32,000 nucleotides of DNA, from the NCBI RefSeq assembly GCF_000020385.1, contig NC_010814.1, forward strand, positions 1,830,001 through 1,862,000, read 5' to 3'. The stretch is from Trichlorobacter lovleyi SZ. GTDB taxonomy: Bacteria; Desulfobacterota; Desulfuromonadia; Geobacterales; Pseudopelobacteraceae. Position numbers and translations under genes: made by a program. Numbering within the stretch: the first letter of the stretch is position 1; each line of letters starts with the position of its first letter. Below the pieces are notes generated by a model, which was not told the origin of the DNA, ran no database searches, and worked only from the letters and a program-made list of their open reading frames with translations. This document shows positions 11,334 to 19,570 of the stretch, piece by piece.

Positions 11334-12206
11334 TTAGTCCTTGCGATACACGGTGTTGGCCACCTGGGTAAAGGGAACCTCCAAGCCGTTTAACGTCTCA
11401 GAGTGTCCGATAAACAGGTATCCGCCAGTCACCAGCTGACGATGAAACTTGTGCATCAGTTTTGCCTGTGTCTGCTTGTCAAAGTAGATTACGACATTAC
11501 GGCAGAAAATGACATCCATTCGCTCACTGATACCGAACTGATCCTCCATGAAATTAACCCGCTTGAAGCTGACGCTGCTACGTAGTTCCGGGGCAATCCT
11601 GACCAGCCCCTTGCTGCGGTCTTTGCTGCGCAGCAGGTATTTCTTCTTCATGGAGAGCGGGATGGTGTCGGTCCGATCCTCGCCGTAGACTGCAGATGAA
11701 GCCTTTTTGATGACCTGAGTACAGATGTCCGAGGCCAGGATCGAGAACTTGAAGCCGTGGTTGGCAGCAGCATAATCACTTAACACCATGGCCATGGTGT
11801 ACGGTTCTTCACCGGTCGAACAGCCTGCAGACCAGATCCTGAAAGGATTCAAGGGGCTTTCGCCGGCCCCCCTGAGCTGCCGCATGGTGGGGATCGCCTC
11901 CCGTACCAGAAAATCAAAATGCTGTGGTTCACGGAAAAAATCGGTCTTGTTGGTGGTGACCACATCAATCAGCTGGATGATCTCCTGCTCTCGTCCCGCC
12001 GGAGAAAAGATAAAATCGGAGTATTCCTGAAAGCTGTGCATTCCCAATGCCTTCAGACGTTTCTGCAGTCTGGCTTCCAGCATGGTTTTCTTGGCAGGGG
12101 GCATCTTGATCCCTACCTCATCGTAGATCAACGCACTGAACTGCTCAAACTCCTTGTTGCGCATACTGCAGAGTTGTGGTGTGGCCTGGCCGCTGTCGTG
12201 GTTCAT
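11334..12206 (-). CDS. cheR: chemotaxis protein methyltransferase, full length (N-terminal helical domain plus SAM-MTase domain)
   Basis: [70 protein letters not shown]. Start placed at ATG 12206 (MNHDSGQ) with GGGAG 9 nt upstream. This removes the 35-nt overlap with cheY implied by the ORF-track start at 12245. Confidence 0.9.
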   Translation of the reverse strand: MNHDSGQATPQLCSMRNKEFEQFSALIYDEVGIKMPPAKKTMLEARLQKRLKALGMHSFQEYSDFIFSPAGREQEIIQLIDVVTTNKTDFFREPQHFDFLVREAIPTMRQLRGAGESPLNPFRIWSAGCSTGEEPYTMAMVLSDYAAANHGFKFSILASDICTQVIKKASSAVYGEDRTDTIPLSMKKKYLLRSKDRSKGLVRIAPELRSSVSFKRVNFMEDQFGISERMDVIFCRNVVIYFDKQTQAKLMHKFHRQLVTGGYLFIGHSETLNGLEVPFTQVANTVYRKD

Positions 12207-12210
12207 CAGG

Positions 12211-12579
12211 TTACTCCCGGGACAGCAGTTTGTTGACCGTTGCAAGCAGGTCTTCCTGCTTGACCGGTTTCATCAGCCATCCGCTGGCACCTGCGACCCG
12301 TGCCTGTTCAAACAGGTGCTTCTGCGAGTCGGTACTCATCACCAGCAACGGAGTGGAGGAAAATTGTGCCAACTGCCGCACCTCACGGACAATGGCAATG
12401 CCATCCTTGCCCGGCATGTTGATATCGGTAATGATCAGGTCCGGCTCTACCTCTTTGATTCGATCAAGGGCCAGCAGCGGATCAGATACGGTTTCAACCC
12501 GATGGCCGCCATGTTGCAGGGTGAACTTTGCGCTGAGCAACTGGGGCCTTGAGTCATCTATCAGCAGGATGGTTTTCAC
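12211..12579 (-). CDS. cheY: CheY-like single-domain response regulator
   Basis: 122 aa REC: ILLIDDS, DLIITDINMPGKDG, LLVMST, GASGWLMKP. It lies between an MCP gene and cheR. Confidence 0.85.
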   Translation of the reverse strand: MKTILLIDDSRPQLLSAKFTLQHGGHRVETVSDPLLALDRIKEVEPDLIITDINMPGKDGIAIVREVRQLAQFSSTPLLVMSTDSQKHLFEQARVAGASGWLMKPVKQEDLLATVNKLLSRE

Positions 12580-12610
12580 GCGGTCTGTCTCCTGTGAGCA
12601 GCGCAGTCCA

Positions 12611-15082
12611 TCATACCGGACGGTATGCTAAGGCCTGTTGCCGCGTGCTGTTCAGGCTGAAGAAGGCGATGGTTGTCTTGAGCTGCTCGGCCTGACCAGC
12701 CAGCTCTTCGGTGGTGGAGGCCATCTCTTCAGCTGCCGAGGCATTCTGCTGAATCACCTGATCAAGCTGCTGAATGGCACGATTGATCTGGTCGGCACCG
12801 GCATCCTGTTCTTTACTTGAGGCAGAGATCTCCTGCACCAGCTCGGCAGTACGCTGGATATCCGGCAGGATGGCGGTCAGCATCTGACCGGCAGCCTCGG
12901 CCACCTGGACGCTGCGGCCTGACAGTTCACTGATCTCACCGGCGGCAGTCTGGCTGCGCTCTGCCAGCTTGCGGACTTCAGAGGCAACCACAGCAAATCC
13001 CTTGCCGTGCTCACCGGCCCGGGCTGCCTCAATGGCGGCGTTCAGAGCCAGCAGATTGGTCTGGCGGGCGATCTCTTCAATGATGCTGATCTTGGTGGCA
13101 ATCTCCTTCATGGCGGCCACGGTTTCATTGACCGCCTTGCCGCCCTCACGGGCATCGGTGGCCGACTTGTTGGAGATCTTCTCGGTCTGCGATGCGTTGT
13201 CAGCGTTCTGTTTAATGCTGGAGGACATCTCTTCCATGCTGGAGGAGATCTCTTCGGCAGAGGCAGCCTGCTCGGTTGCACCCTGGGACAGGGACTGGGC
13301 CGTGGCAGAGAGTTGCTGCCCGCCGGTGGCAATGCCGTCAGCTGCTGCCTGTACCTCCCGCACGATCTCCTTCAGCTTCTCCACCATGTTGGCCAGTGAT
13401 TCCATCAGGTCGTCGTTTTCGCTGCGCTTCTTCAGTTCAACCATCAGATTGCCCTGGGCAACCTGCTTGGCATTGGCGGTGATACTGTTGGTTGCTTCAA
13501 TCAGGACGTTCAGGTTGTTCTTGATGTCGTTGAAATCGCCATTGTAGTTATCGGTGATGATCCTGGGCATATCACCTTTGCTGATCCGGTCGACATACTC
13601 GGCTGCCACATTCAGGGGGCCGATCACGGCATCAAGGGTTTCGTTGACTCCGGCCACAATCGCACGGAAGTCGCCCTGGTGTTTGCCGGCATCAGCGCGG
13701 GTGGACAGCTTGCCTTCAACTGCGGCCTTGACTAACAGATTGGCATCGGCCACCAGCGCGTTCACCGCGTCAATGCAGGTGTTGAGATTGTTTTTGATCT
13801 CATTGAAATCGCCCTGATAACTGGCTGTTATTTTTGGTGGGATATCTCCTTTGGAGATCCGGTTGACATAGTCTGCTGCAACCTGCAGCGGTCCGATCAC
13901 CGCATCCAGAGTCGCATTTACCCCAGCAACAATGGCATGAAAGTCGCCTTGATGTCTGGTGGCATCAGCGCGGGTGGATAGTTTGCCCTCTACAGCAGCC
14001 CTGGCAAGCATATTGGCATCTGCCACCAAATGGGTGATCGCATCGATGCAACCGTTCAGGTTGTTTTTGATGTCGTTAAAGTCACCATTATAGCTGTCTG
14101 TTATATGCGGCGGGATATCACCCTTTGAAATCCGGTCGACATACTCGGCAGCCACGTTCAACGGGCCGATCACGGCATCCAGGGTGCCGTTAACTCCGGC
14201 CACAATGGCATGGAAGTCCCCCTTATGCTTCGTGGCATCAACCCGGGTGGCCAGTTTGCCGGCAATGGCAGCTTCGGACAGCAGGTTGGCGTCGGCCACC
14301 AGCGCCTTGATTGCCGTTACCATGTTTGCCATGGAAGCGATGATGCTGCCGTCAGGTGCCTGTTGCGCATCCAGATTAACCGAGAGATCTCCCTGCGAGA
14401 TCTGATTGGCGATCTCGCTGATTCTGACCGGATCATCCCCAAGATAACGGCCAAAGAAACGGCGTAGACTGAGCGACATCAGCACGGCACAGATTACAAT
14501 CAGGATCAGGGCAGCTGCTCCCAGCTTGACGGTTAAGCCAATGAAAGGTGCAAAGAACTCGCTCTGCTTGATACCAACGTACAGCACACCAATGGTTTTT
14601 CCCGCGTTGTCCCGAATCGGTTCGTAGGCGGTGTAATAGGTGGTACCAAGAATCCTGGTTTTGCCGTGAAATGCTTTGTTCTCCTTGAAGATTGCATCAT
14701 GGGCTTTGCCCTGAAGGGTGGTGCCGATGGCCCGCTTGCCCTCTTTGGTCAGCACATTGGTAGAGATACGGGTGTCCCCCATAAAGATGGTGGCAGTACC
14801 ACCGGTCAGTTCCTTGACCTTGTCGGGGATTTCAAAATTGTTATTGATCTGATAGGACCCGGCCAGCAGTTTGTTGTCTACAACAGAAAATGTGGTCCCT
14901 TTTTGATGCAGCAGTTCCTTCAGGGTCGCCATCCGGCTTTCCTGGTTGGCAATAGCAAACTTCTCGATCTGCACAAAGACCGAGTACATGGTCAGGGTTG
15001 TCAGGGCACCGATAATGCAGATAACAACCAGATTGTTGATGATCAGAAGCCTGGTATTGGTTTTCAGTGACCGCCAGAACAT
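12611..15082 (-). CDS. methyl-accepting chemotaxis protein: TM - single-Cache-like sensor - TM - HAMP - 3 x 91-aa poly-HAMP-like modules - HAMP - MCP signalling domain (~34 heptads by my count)
   Basis: Periplasmic segment [17 protein letters not shown]...GKRAIGTTL...[23 protein letters not shown] is sCache-like. Hairpin tip [41 protein letters not shown]. Methylation-type [16 protein letters not shown] sites. The ATG at 15082 has GGAGG 4-5 nt upstream. Confidence 0.92.
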   Translation of the reverse strand: MFWRSLKTNTRLLIINNLVVICIIGALTTLTMYSVFVQIEKFAIANQESRMATLKELLHQKGTTFSVVDNKLLAGSYQINNNFEIPDKVKELTGGTATIFMGDTRISTNVLTKEGKRAIGTTLQGKAHDAIFKENKAFHGKTRILGTTYYTAYEPIRDNAGKTIGVLYVGIKQSEFFAPFIGLTVKLGAAALILIVICAVLMSLSLRRFFGRYLGDDPVRISEIANQISQGDLSVNLDAQQAPDGSIIASMANMVTAIKALVADANLLSEAAIAGKLATRVDATKHKGDFHAIVAGVNGTLDAVIGPLNVAAEYVDRISKGDIPPHITDSYNGDFNDIKNNLNGCIDAITHLVADANMLARAAVEGKLSTRADATRHQGDFHAIVAGVNATLDAVIGPLQVAADYVNRISKGDIPPKITASYQGDFNEIKNNLNTCIDAVNALVADANLLVKAAVEGKLSTRADAGKHQGDFRAIVAGVNETLDAVIGPLNVAAEYVDRISKGDMPRIITDNYNGDFNDIKNNLNVLIEATNSITANAKQVAQGNLMVELKKRSENDDLMESLANMVEKLKEIVREVQAAADGIATGGQQLSATAQSLSQGATEQAASAEEISSSMEEMSSSIKQNADNASQTEKISNKSATDAREGGKAVNETVAAMKEIATKISIIEEIARQTNLLALNAAIEAARAGEHGKGFAVVASEVRKLAERSQTAAGEISELSGRSVQVAEAAGQMLTAILPDIQRTAELVQEISASSKEQDAGADQINRAIQQLDQVIQQNASAAEEMASTTEELAGQAEQLKTTIAFFSLNSTRQQALAYRPV
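12657..14310 (-). repeat. dispersed direct repeat, copy A (3' 1.65 kb of the MCP gene), collinear with 15901..17554
   Basis: Landmarks at 12657/15901, 13568/16812 and 13805/17049 all share the same offset of 3244 nt, so no indels. Highest similarity is in the 3' ~0.9-1.1 kb. Confidence 0.9.
13484..14302 (-). repeat. in-frame tandem repeat, 3 x 273 bp (3 x 91 aa), inside the 12611..15082 MCP gene
   Basis: Landmark (c/g)atatc(a/t)cc recurs at 13568, 13841 and 14114, an exact 273-nt period. It encodes repeated ...GKL(A/S)TR(A/V)[33 protein letters not shown](I/M)P..IT..Y.GDFN.IKNNLN..I(D/E)A... Confidence 0.9.
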
Positions 15083-15104
15083 GCCGCCTCCATACTTGGA
15101 TTTT

Positions 15105-15596
15105 TTATTCCTGTGTTCCGCTGGTCTGCAGAGCGGCCATTTCCTGTTCAGAGAAGACCCGGTCGATATCCAGAATCATCACAAAATGTTCTTCATGCTT
15201 GCCCATTCCCTTGATGAACTCGGTGTTGAGGCGGGTACCGATATGGGGAGCCGGTTCAATCTGTTCCGGCTCCATCTCAACCACCTCCTGCACTGAATCG
15301 GCCAGGGCACCCAGAATAGTGGTGTCACCGTCAAGGGTTACTTCAACCACAATGATGCAGGTATTAATAGTTTGTTCTGTCGCATCCATGCCAAACTTGA
15401 GCCGCATATCTATGACAGGCACCACACTGCCCCGCAGATTGATGACCCCCCGCATAAATTCGGGTGTCTGCGGTACTTTAGTTATACTTGTAAACTCAAG
15501 TATCTCTCGTACTTTCGATACATCAAGGGCAAAGATCTCATCGTCCAGTTTAAAGGTCAGGTATTGGACAGTTTCTGTTATAGTTGAAACGGACAT
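15105..15596 (-). CDS. cheW: chemotaxis coupling protein CheW
   Basis: [23 protein letters not shown]...[32 protein letters not shown] is the CheW fold signature. Start at ATG 15596 with GGAGGA 4 nt upstream. The 26 extra residues in the ORF track are read-through of an intergenic palindrome. Confidence 0.92.
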   Translation of the reverse strand: MSVSTITETVQYLTFKLDDEIFALDVSKVREILEFTSITKVPQTPEFMRGVINLRGSVVPVIDMRLKFGMDATEQTINTCIIVVEVTLDGDTTILGALADSVQEVVEMEPEQIEPAPHIGTRLNTEFIKGMGKHEEHFVMILDIDRVFSEQEMAALQTSGTQE

Positions 15597-15608
15597 AAAA
15601 TCCTCCTG

Positions 15609-15712
15609 AAGTGTGACGTTAGAAGAGTGAGGAGTGAAGTTAGAAGAGTGAAAAGGTTTTCTTTCACCCTTCACCCTTCACCCTTCTAACTTCACACTTC
15701 TAACTACACTCT
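15609..15712 (-). repeat. intercistronic imperfect palindrome (REP-like) between the MCP stop and the cheW RBS
   Basis: Core stem GTGAAGTTAGAAGAGTGAA (15634-15652) pairs with TTCACCCTTCTAACTTCAC (15678-15696) at 18/19 positions. The right arm carries 3 tandem CCCTTCA heptamers (15667-15687). Outer TTAGAAG/CTTCTAA and AGTGT/ACACT pairings extend it. It shares the GAAGGGTGAAG/CTTCACCCTTC motif with 21716..21776. Confidence 0.7.
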
Positions 15713-15719
15713 TGCCTTT

Positions 15720-18326
15720 CTAAAATTTCTCAAATTCATCATCCAGATGGTCTTTGCCCTTAGCGCCCAGGTCAATATGCACGCCACCGCTCTTGGCTTG
15801 TCTTGGTGGTGCCGTGTGGGTTACCAAGGGGCGTTGTTGCGGTGCAGGCCGGGCCGGTTGTTTGTGGGACAGAGCACGCTGGGTGCCGTGGGTGTCAAGA
15901 CTGAAGAAGGCGATGGTTGTCTTGAGCTGCTCGGCCTGACCAGCCAGCTCTTCGGTGGTGGAGGCCATCTCTTCAGCTGCGCTTGCGTTTTGCTGGATGA
16001 CCTGATCAAGCTGCTGAATGGCACGATTGATCTGGTCGGCACCGGCATCCTGCTCTTTGCTGGATGCACTGATCTCCTGTACCAGCTCGGCAGTACGCTG
16101 GATATCCGGCAGGATGGCGGTCAGCATCTGACCGGCAGCCTCGGCCACCTGGACGCTTCTCCCTGACAGTTCGCTGATCTCACCGGCGGCAGTCTGGCTG
16201 CGCTCTGCCAGCTTGCGGACTTCAGAGGCAACCACGGCAAATCCCTTGCCGTGCTCACCGGCCCGGGCTGCCTCAATGGCGGCGTTCAGGGCAAGCAGGT
16301 TGGTCTGGCGGGCGATCTCTTCAATGATGCTGATCTTGGTGGCAATCTCCTTCATGGCGGCCACGGTTTCATTGACCGCCTTGCCGCCCTCACGGGCATC
16401 GCTGGCCGACTTGTTGGAGATCTTCTCGGTCTGGCTGGCGTTGTCGGCGTTCTGCTTGATACTGGAGGACATCTCTTCCATGCTGGAGGAGATCTCTTCG
16501 GCAGAGGCAGCCTGCTCGGTTGCACCCTGAGACAGGGACTGGGCCGTGGCAGAGAGTTGCTGCCCGCCGGTGGCAACGCCGTCAGCTGCTGCCTGTACTT
16601 CACGTACGATCTCCTTCAGCTTGTCCACCATGTTGTAGAGTGATTCCATCAGATCATCATTTTCGCTGCGCTTCTTCAGTTCAACCATCAGGTTGCCCTG
16701 GGCAACCTGCTTGGCATTGGCGGTGATACTGTTGGTCGCTTCGATCAGTACGTTCAAATTATTCTTTATATCATTAAAATCGCCATTATAGTTGTCGGTT
16801 ATAGTCTTAGGCATATCACCTTTGCTGATCCGGTCGACATACTCGGCTGCCACATTCAGGGGGCCAATCACGGCATCGAGGGTTTCGTTGACACCGGCCA
16901 CAATGGCGCGGAAATCACCTTGGTGTTTGGATGCATCGGCACGGGTGGACAGCTTGCCTTCAACTGCGGCCTTGACCAGCAGGTTGGCATCGCCAACCAG
17001 TGCGTTGACCGCGTCAATGCAGCCGTTCAGGTTGTTTTTGATCTCGTTGAAATCGCCGTTGTAGTTGTCTGTAATACGAGGTGGAATATCGCCTTTGCTG
17101 ATCCGGTCAACATACTCGGCAGCTACGTTTAGCGGACCGATGACCGCATCCAGGGTGTCGTTGACACCTTGGACTATTTTGCGGAAGTCACCTTGGTGTT
17201 TAGTTGCATCAGCGCGGGTGGCAAGTTTGCCTTCGACTGCGGCGTTGACGAGCATGTTGGCATCGCCAACCAGGGCGTTAATGGCGTCCATGCAGCCGTT
17301 CAGGTTGTTTTTGATCTCATTGAAATCACCGTTGTAGCTATCGGTAATCTTGGGCGGGATGTCGCCCTTGCTGATCCGGTCGACATACTCGGCGGCAACG
17401 TTCAAAGGTCCGATTACGGCATCAAGAGTTTCGTTGACGCCAACCACGATCTTCTGGAAGTCACCCTGGTGCTTGGAGGCATCGGCACGGGTAGCAAGCT
17501 TGCCGGCAATGGCGGCGTCGGACAACATGGAGGCGTCTTTGATCAGGGCCTGGATCGCCTCGGCCATCTTGTTCATGGCTGCCTGCAGAATACCGGTCTC
17601 ATCCTTGGCAGTGCTGTCAAGTTGGACATCGGTGTTGCCGGCTGCAATTTTGTTGGCTGCATCAACACAGGCATTGATCGGGGTAACGATTGACTTGGTG
17701 ATAAACCAGCCCATGAAGATACCAATGATAAGTGATGCAATACCTAAGACCAGGACTATTGTTTTAGTCTGATTGGCAAGGGCGATCCCCTTTTTACCAG
17801 ATTCTTTGACCAGTTTTTTCTGGTAATCCATGAACTCGCCAATGGCTTTGAAATATTCAGCCTGTGATTGACGAAGCTTACTCGTAAGTAACTGAATAGC
17901 TTCATCACGTTTACCTGATTGGGACAGATCGATGACCTGCTTCTGATCAGCTTGCATTGCGGCACGTTTGTCCTTTACTGCTGCCATCAGTTTTCTGCCG
18001 CTGTCAGTCTTGATCATTTTTTCAAAGTCTTCAATGCCTTTGGTTATTTTCTCCCCTGCTTCCTTGACGCGGGCCAATTCTTTCTGGCGTTCAGCAGGTT
18101 CACTAACCAACAGCATGTTGCGGATAGCCCGGGCTGAGACGTTTGCGCTGATCCGTATGTCTGTCAACAGATCAATCTTTACAATTTTGTCCTCAATCAG
18201 GCTATCCATTTCGTTGTCAAGAGAGGTCACATTTACGTATGACACTACAGCAATAATTGTCAGTAGTATCAAGACCGCTGCAAATCCAACAGCCAACCGT
18301 TTACCAATCTTCATGTTCTTCAGCAT
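15720..18326 (-). CDS. methyl-accepting chemotaxis protein: TM - four-helix-bundle (4HB_MCP-like) sensor - TM - HAMP - 3 x 91-aa poly-HAMP-like modules - HAMP - MCP signalling domain - P/Q-rich linker - C-terminal EFEKF
   Basis: N-terminus [31 protein letters not shown] followed by an all-helical ~165-aa periplasmic region. Second [22 protein letters not shown]. The signalling domain is nearly identical to the 12611..15082 MCP. The ATG at 18326 has AGGAGG 8 nt upstream. Confidence 0.92.
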   Translation of the reverse strand: MLKNMKIGKRLAVGFAAVLILLTIIAVVSYVNVTSLDNEMDSLIEDKIVKIDLLTDIRISANVSARAIRNMLLVSEPAERQKELARVKEAGEKITKGIEDFEKMIKTDSGRKLMAAVKDKRAAMQADQKQVIDLSQSGKRDEAIQLLTSKLRQSQAEYFKAIGEFMDYQKKLVKESGKKGIALANQTKTIVLVLGIASLIIGIFMGWFITKSIVTPINACVDAANKIAAGNTDVQLDSTAKDETGILQAAMNKMAEAIQALIKDASMLSDAAIAGKLATRADASKHQGDFQKIVVGVNETLDAVIGPLNVAAEYVDRISKGDIPPKITDSYNGDFNEIKNNLNGCMDAINALVGDANMLVNAAVEGKLATRADATKHQGDFRKIVQGVNDTLDAVIGPLNVAAEYVDRISKGDIPPRITDNYNGDFNEIKNNLNGCIDAVNALVGDANLLVKAAVEGKLSTRADASKHQGDFRAIVAGVNETLDAVIGPLNVAAEYVDRISKGDMPKTITDNYNGDFNDIKNNLNVLIEATNSITANAKQVAQGNLMVELKKRSENDDLMESLYNMVDKLKEIVREVQAAADGVATGGQQLSATAQSLSQGATEQAASAEEISSSMEEMSSSIKQNADNASQTEKISNKSASDAREGGKAVNETVAAMKEIATKISIIEEIARQTNLLALNAAIEAARAGEHGKGFAVVASEVRKLAERSQTAAGEISELSGRSVQVAEAAGQMLTAILPDIQRTAELVQEISASSKEQDAGADQINRAIQQLDQVIQQNASAAEEMASTTEELAGQAEQLKTTIAFFSLDTHGTQRALSHKQPARPAPQQRPLVTHTAPPRQAKSGGVHIDLGAKGKDHLDDEFEKF
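15901..17554 (-). repeat. dispersed direct repeat, copy B, collinear with 12657..14310
   Basis: See copy A. Constant 3244-nt offset; the encoded proteins differ at about 8 of ~368 aligned residues from module 3 to AFFSL (counted by eye). Confidence 0.9.
16728..17546 (-). repeat. in-frame tandem repeat, 3 x 273 bp (3 x 91 aa), inside the 15720..18326 MCP gene
   Basis: Same module as 13484..14302, in the same register (offset 3244 nt). Protein modules run [30 protein letters not shown]... / [30 protein letters not shown]... / [30 protein letters not shown]... Confidence 0.9.
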
Positions 18327-18357
18327 ACTCTGTACCTCCTGTGGGTGTTTGAGTCTG

Positions 18358-18954
18358 TTACACAATCTCGCTGTTTCTGACGTTTTGCAGGGTGTTCAAA
18401 ATTGTTGAGCGTACATCGTTGTCAAAAGGTTCGTCATGCCCTGGATAGACCAGATCAATCTCCCGTTTTGACAGCTTAATCAGTGTTTCAATATAACCCC
18501 TTGTGTACCTTCCTCCGCTGGTTCGGATGCGTAGTTGGGTGTCGCCAGAGAACAGCAGCTTCTGTGACTGGCAGTAGAAGGCTACCGAGTCTGATGAATG
18601 CCCCGGTGTGTGCAGCACATCCAGATACTCGTCGCCCGCCTTTATGACCTGATTGTCTTTTAAAAGAGCATCAACACCCGGGCCGGGTACCCAGCCGTAG
18701 ACCCTGGCGCCGTATCTCTGCCGGAACAGGTCTGCCGAAGCCGCGTGGTCAAAATGATTGTGGGTCAGCAGCACCTGCTCAATTGCCACCTTGCCGCAGC
18801 CGGTATAGATCTTGTCAATCTCGTCCAGAATGTAGCCATCGGTACCCGGATCAATCAGGGTGTTGACGGCATCAATCTGGTTCCAGTCCCCCAATAGCAG
18901 ATATGAACGGCAGGTGTAGGTATTGGGGTTTCTGGCCAGCTGAATTACCCGCAT
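18358..18954 (-). CDS. metallo-beta-lactamase (MBL) fold hydrolase
   Basis: [13 protein letters not shown] (H-x-H-x-D-H), [19 protein letters not shown] follow the canonical MBL metal-ligand order. 198 aa. Confidence 0.8.
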   Translation of the reverse strand: MRVIQLARNPNTYTCRSYLLLGDWNQIDAVNTLIDPGTDGYILDEIDKIYTGCGKVAIEQVLLTHNHFDHAASADLFRQRYGARVYGWVPGPGVDALLKDNQVIKAGDEYLDVLHTPGHSSDSVAFYCQSQKLLFSGDTQLRIRTSGGRYTRGYIETLIKLSKREIDLVYPGHDEPFDNDVRSTILNTLQNVRNSEIV

Positions 18955-18961
18955 ACAGTGG

Positions 18962-19570
18962 CTACCCCACCTTTCTAAACAGCTGAGCGTCTGGTGTCAT
19001 CGGTTCAAACAGGTGGCTGATCTCGGTCGGGATCTTTTGCGTGTTTTCTGTGGCAAAAAATCCACCGGGTGCCAGGCTGCGGTGATACATCCTCAAGACT
19101 TCAATCCGCTGTTCATAGGAGAAGTGCAGCAGCACATTCTTACAGACGATCAGCGAGTAATCAGAACCCACCGGCTGCAACTGCAGCAGGTCGTTGTACT
19201 TGAAAAAAACCCTATTACGGATGCGATCAATGACCTTGTGATAGCCGGATTTGCCCGCTACTTCTTCAAAATATTTGCGAAAGATCTCTGGTGGAATCCG
19301 TTGCAGCTCTTCGGTCTTGTATTCTGCAGCCGTGACAATATCGCCAAAGTTGTTTTCGCTGTCATAGTCAGTGGCATCCAGATACAGGGTGTTGAACCCC
19401 ATATCACCCATCCGTTCTGCAAACAGGATTGCCAGGGTGTACGGTTCCTGCCCCAAGGCACAGCCTGCATCCCAGACCTTGATTCTGAGGCGGCCTAAAG
19501 CCAGCTTCAGGGTGTGTTCAACGGCATATTCAAGGACTGGCAGGTCGCGGAAAAAGAAGGTAAAGGCCAT
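18962..19570 (-). CDS. CheR-like SAM-dependent methyltransferase lacking the N-terminal receptor-binding helical domain
   Basis: Begins directly at the conserved FFFRD motif (MAFTFFFRDLPVLEYAV), then IKVWDAGCALGQEPYTLAILF, LDATDYD, LIVCKNVLLHFS, PGGFFATE. It is 202 aa versus 290 aa for the full-length cheR in this window. Its ATG overlaps the cheA stop (TAATG). Confidence 0.75.
   Translation of the reverse strand: MAFTFFFRDLPVLEYAVEHTLKLALGRLRIKVWDAGCALGQEPYTLAILFAERMGDMGFNTLYLDATDYDSENNFGDIVTAAEYKTEELQRIPPEIFRKYFEEVAGKSGYHKVIDRIRNRVFFKYNDLLQLQPVGSDYSLIVCKNVLLHFSYEQRIEVLRMYHRSLAPGGFFATENTQKIPTEISHLFEPMTPDAQLFRKVG

Noticed and set aside
9968-11393. Long plus-strand ORFs (9968..10639, 223 aa; 10593..11393, 266 aa) antisense to the EAL-HDOD and cheB genes. 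Similar ones lie at 1297..1878, 12969..13547, 16213..16530, 19606..20118 and 23729..24169.
   Set aside because: Each lies entirely inside a minus-strand gene with strong family motifs. None has a convincing RBS. Their translations are low-complexity (S/A/P/R/G-rich), as expected from the reverse frames of GC-rich coding DNA.
12207-12245. Apparent 35-nt overlap of cheR with the upstream cheY.
   Set aside because: It is an artefact of taking the first in-frame ATG. ATG 12206 has a GGGAG RBS and leaves a 4-nt gap after the cheY stop.
13484-14302. Regular 273-bp repeats (also at 16728..17546), considered as a CRISPR array, minisatellite or mobile-element relic.
   Set aside because: The period is far too long, there are no unique spacers, and the repeats are in frame within MCP genes. 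They encode conserved HAMP-like protein modules.
15597-15674. N-terminal 26-residue extension of the cheW ORF (MKGERKPFHSSNFTPHSSNVTLQEDF).
   Set aside because: It is a translation of the intergenic palindrome. The internal ATG at 15596 has a perfect GGAGGA RBS and begins where CheW homology begins.
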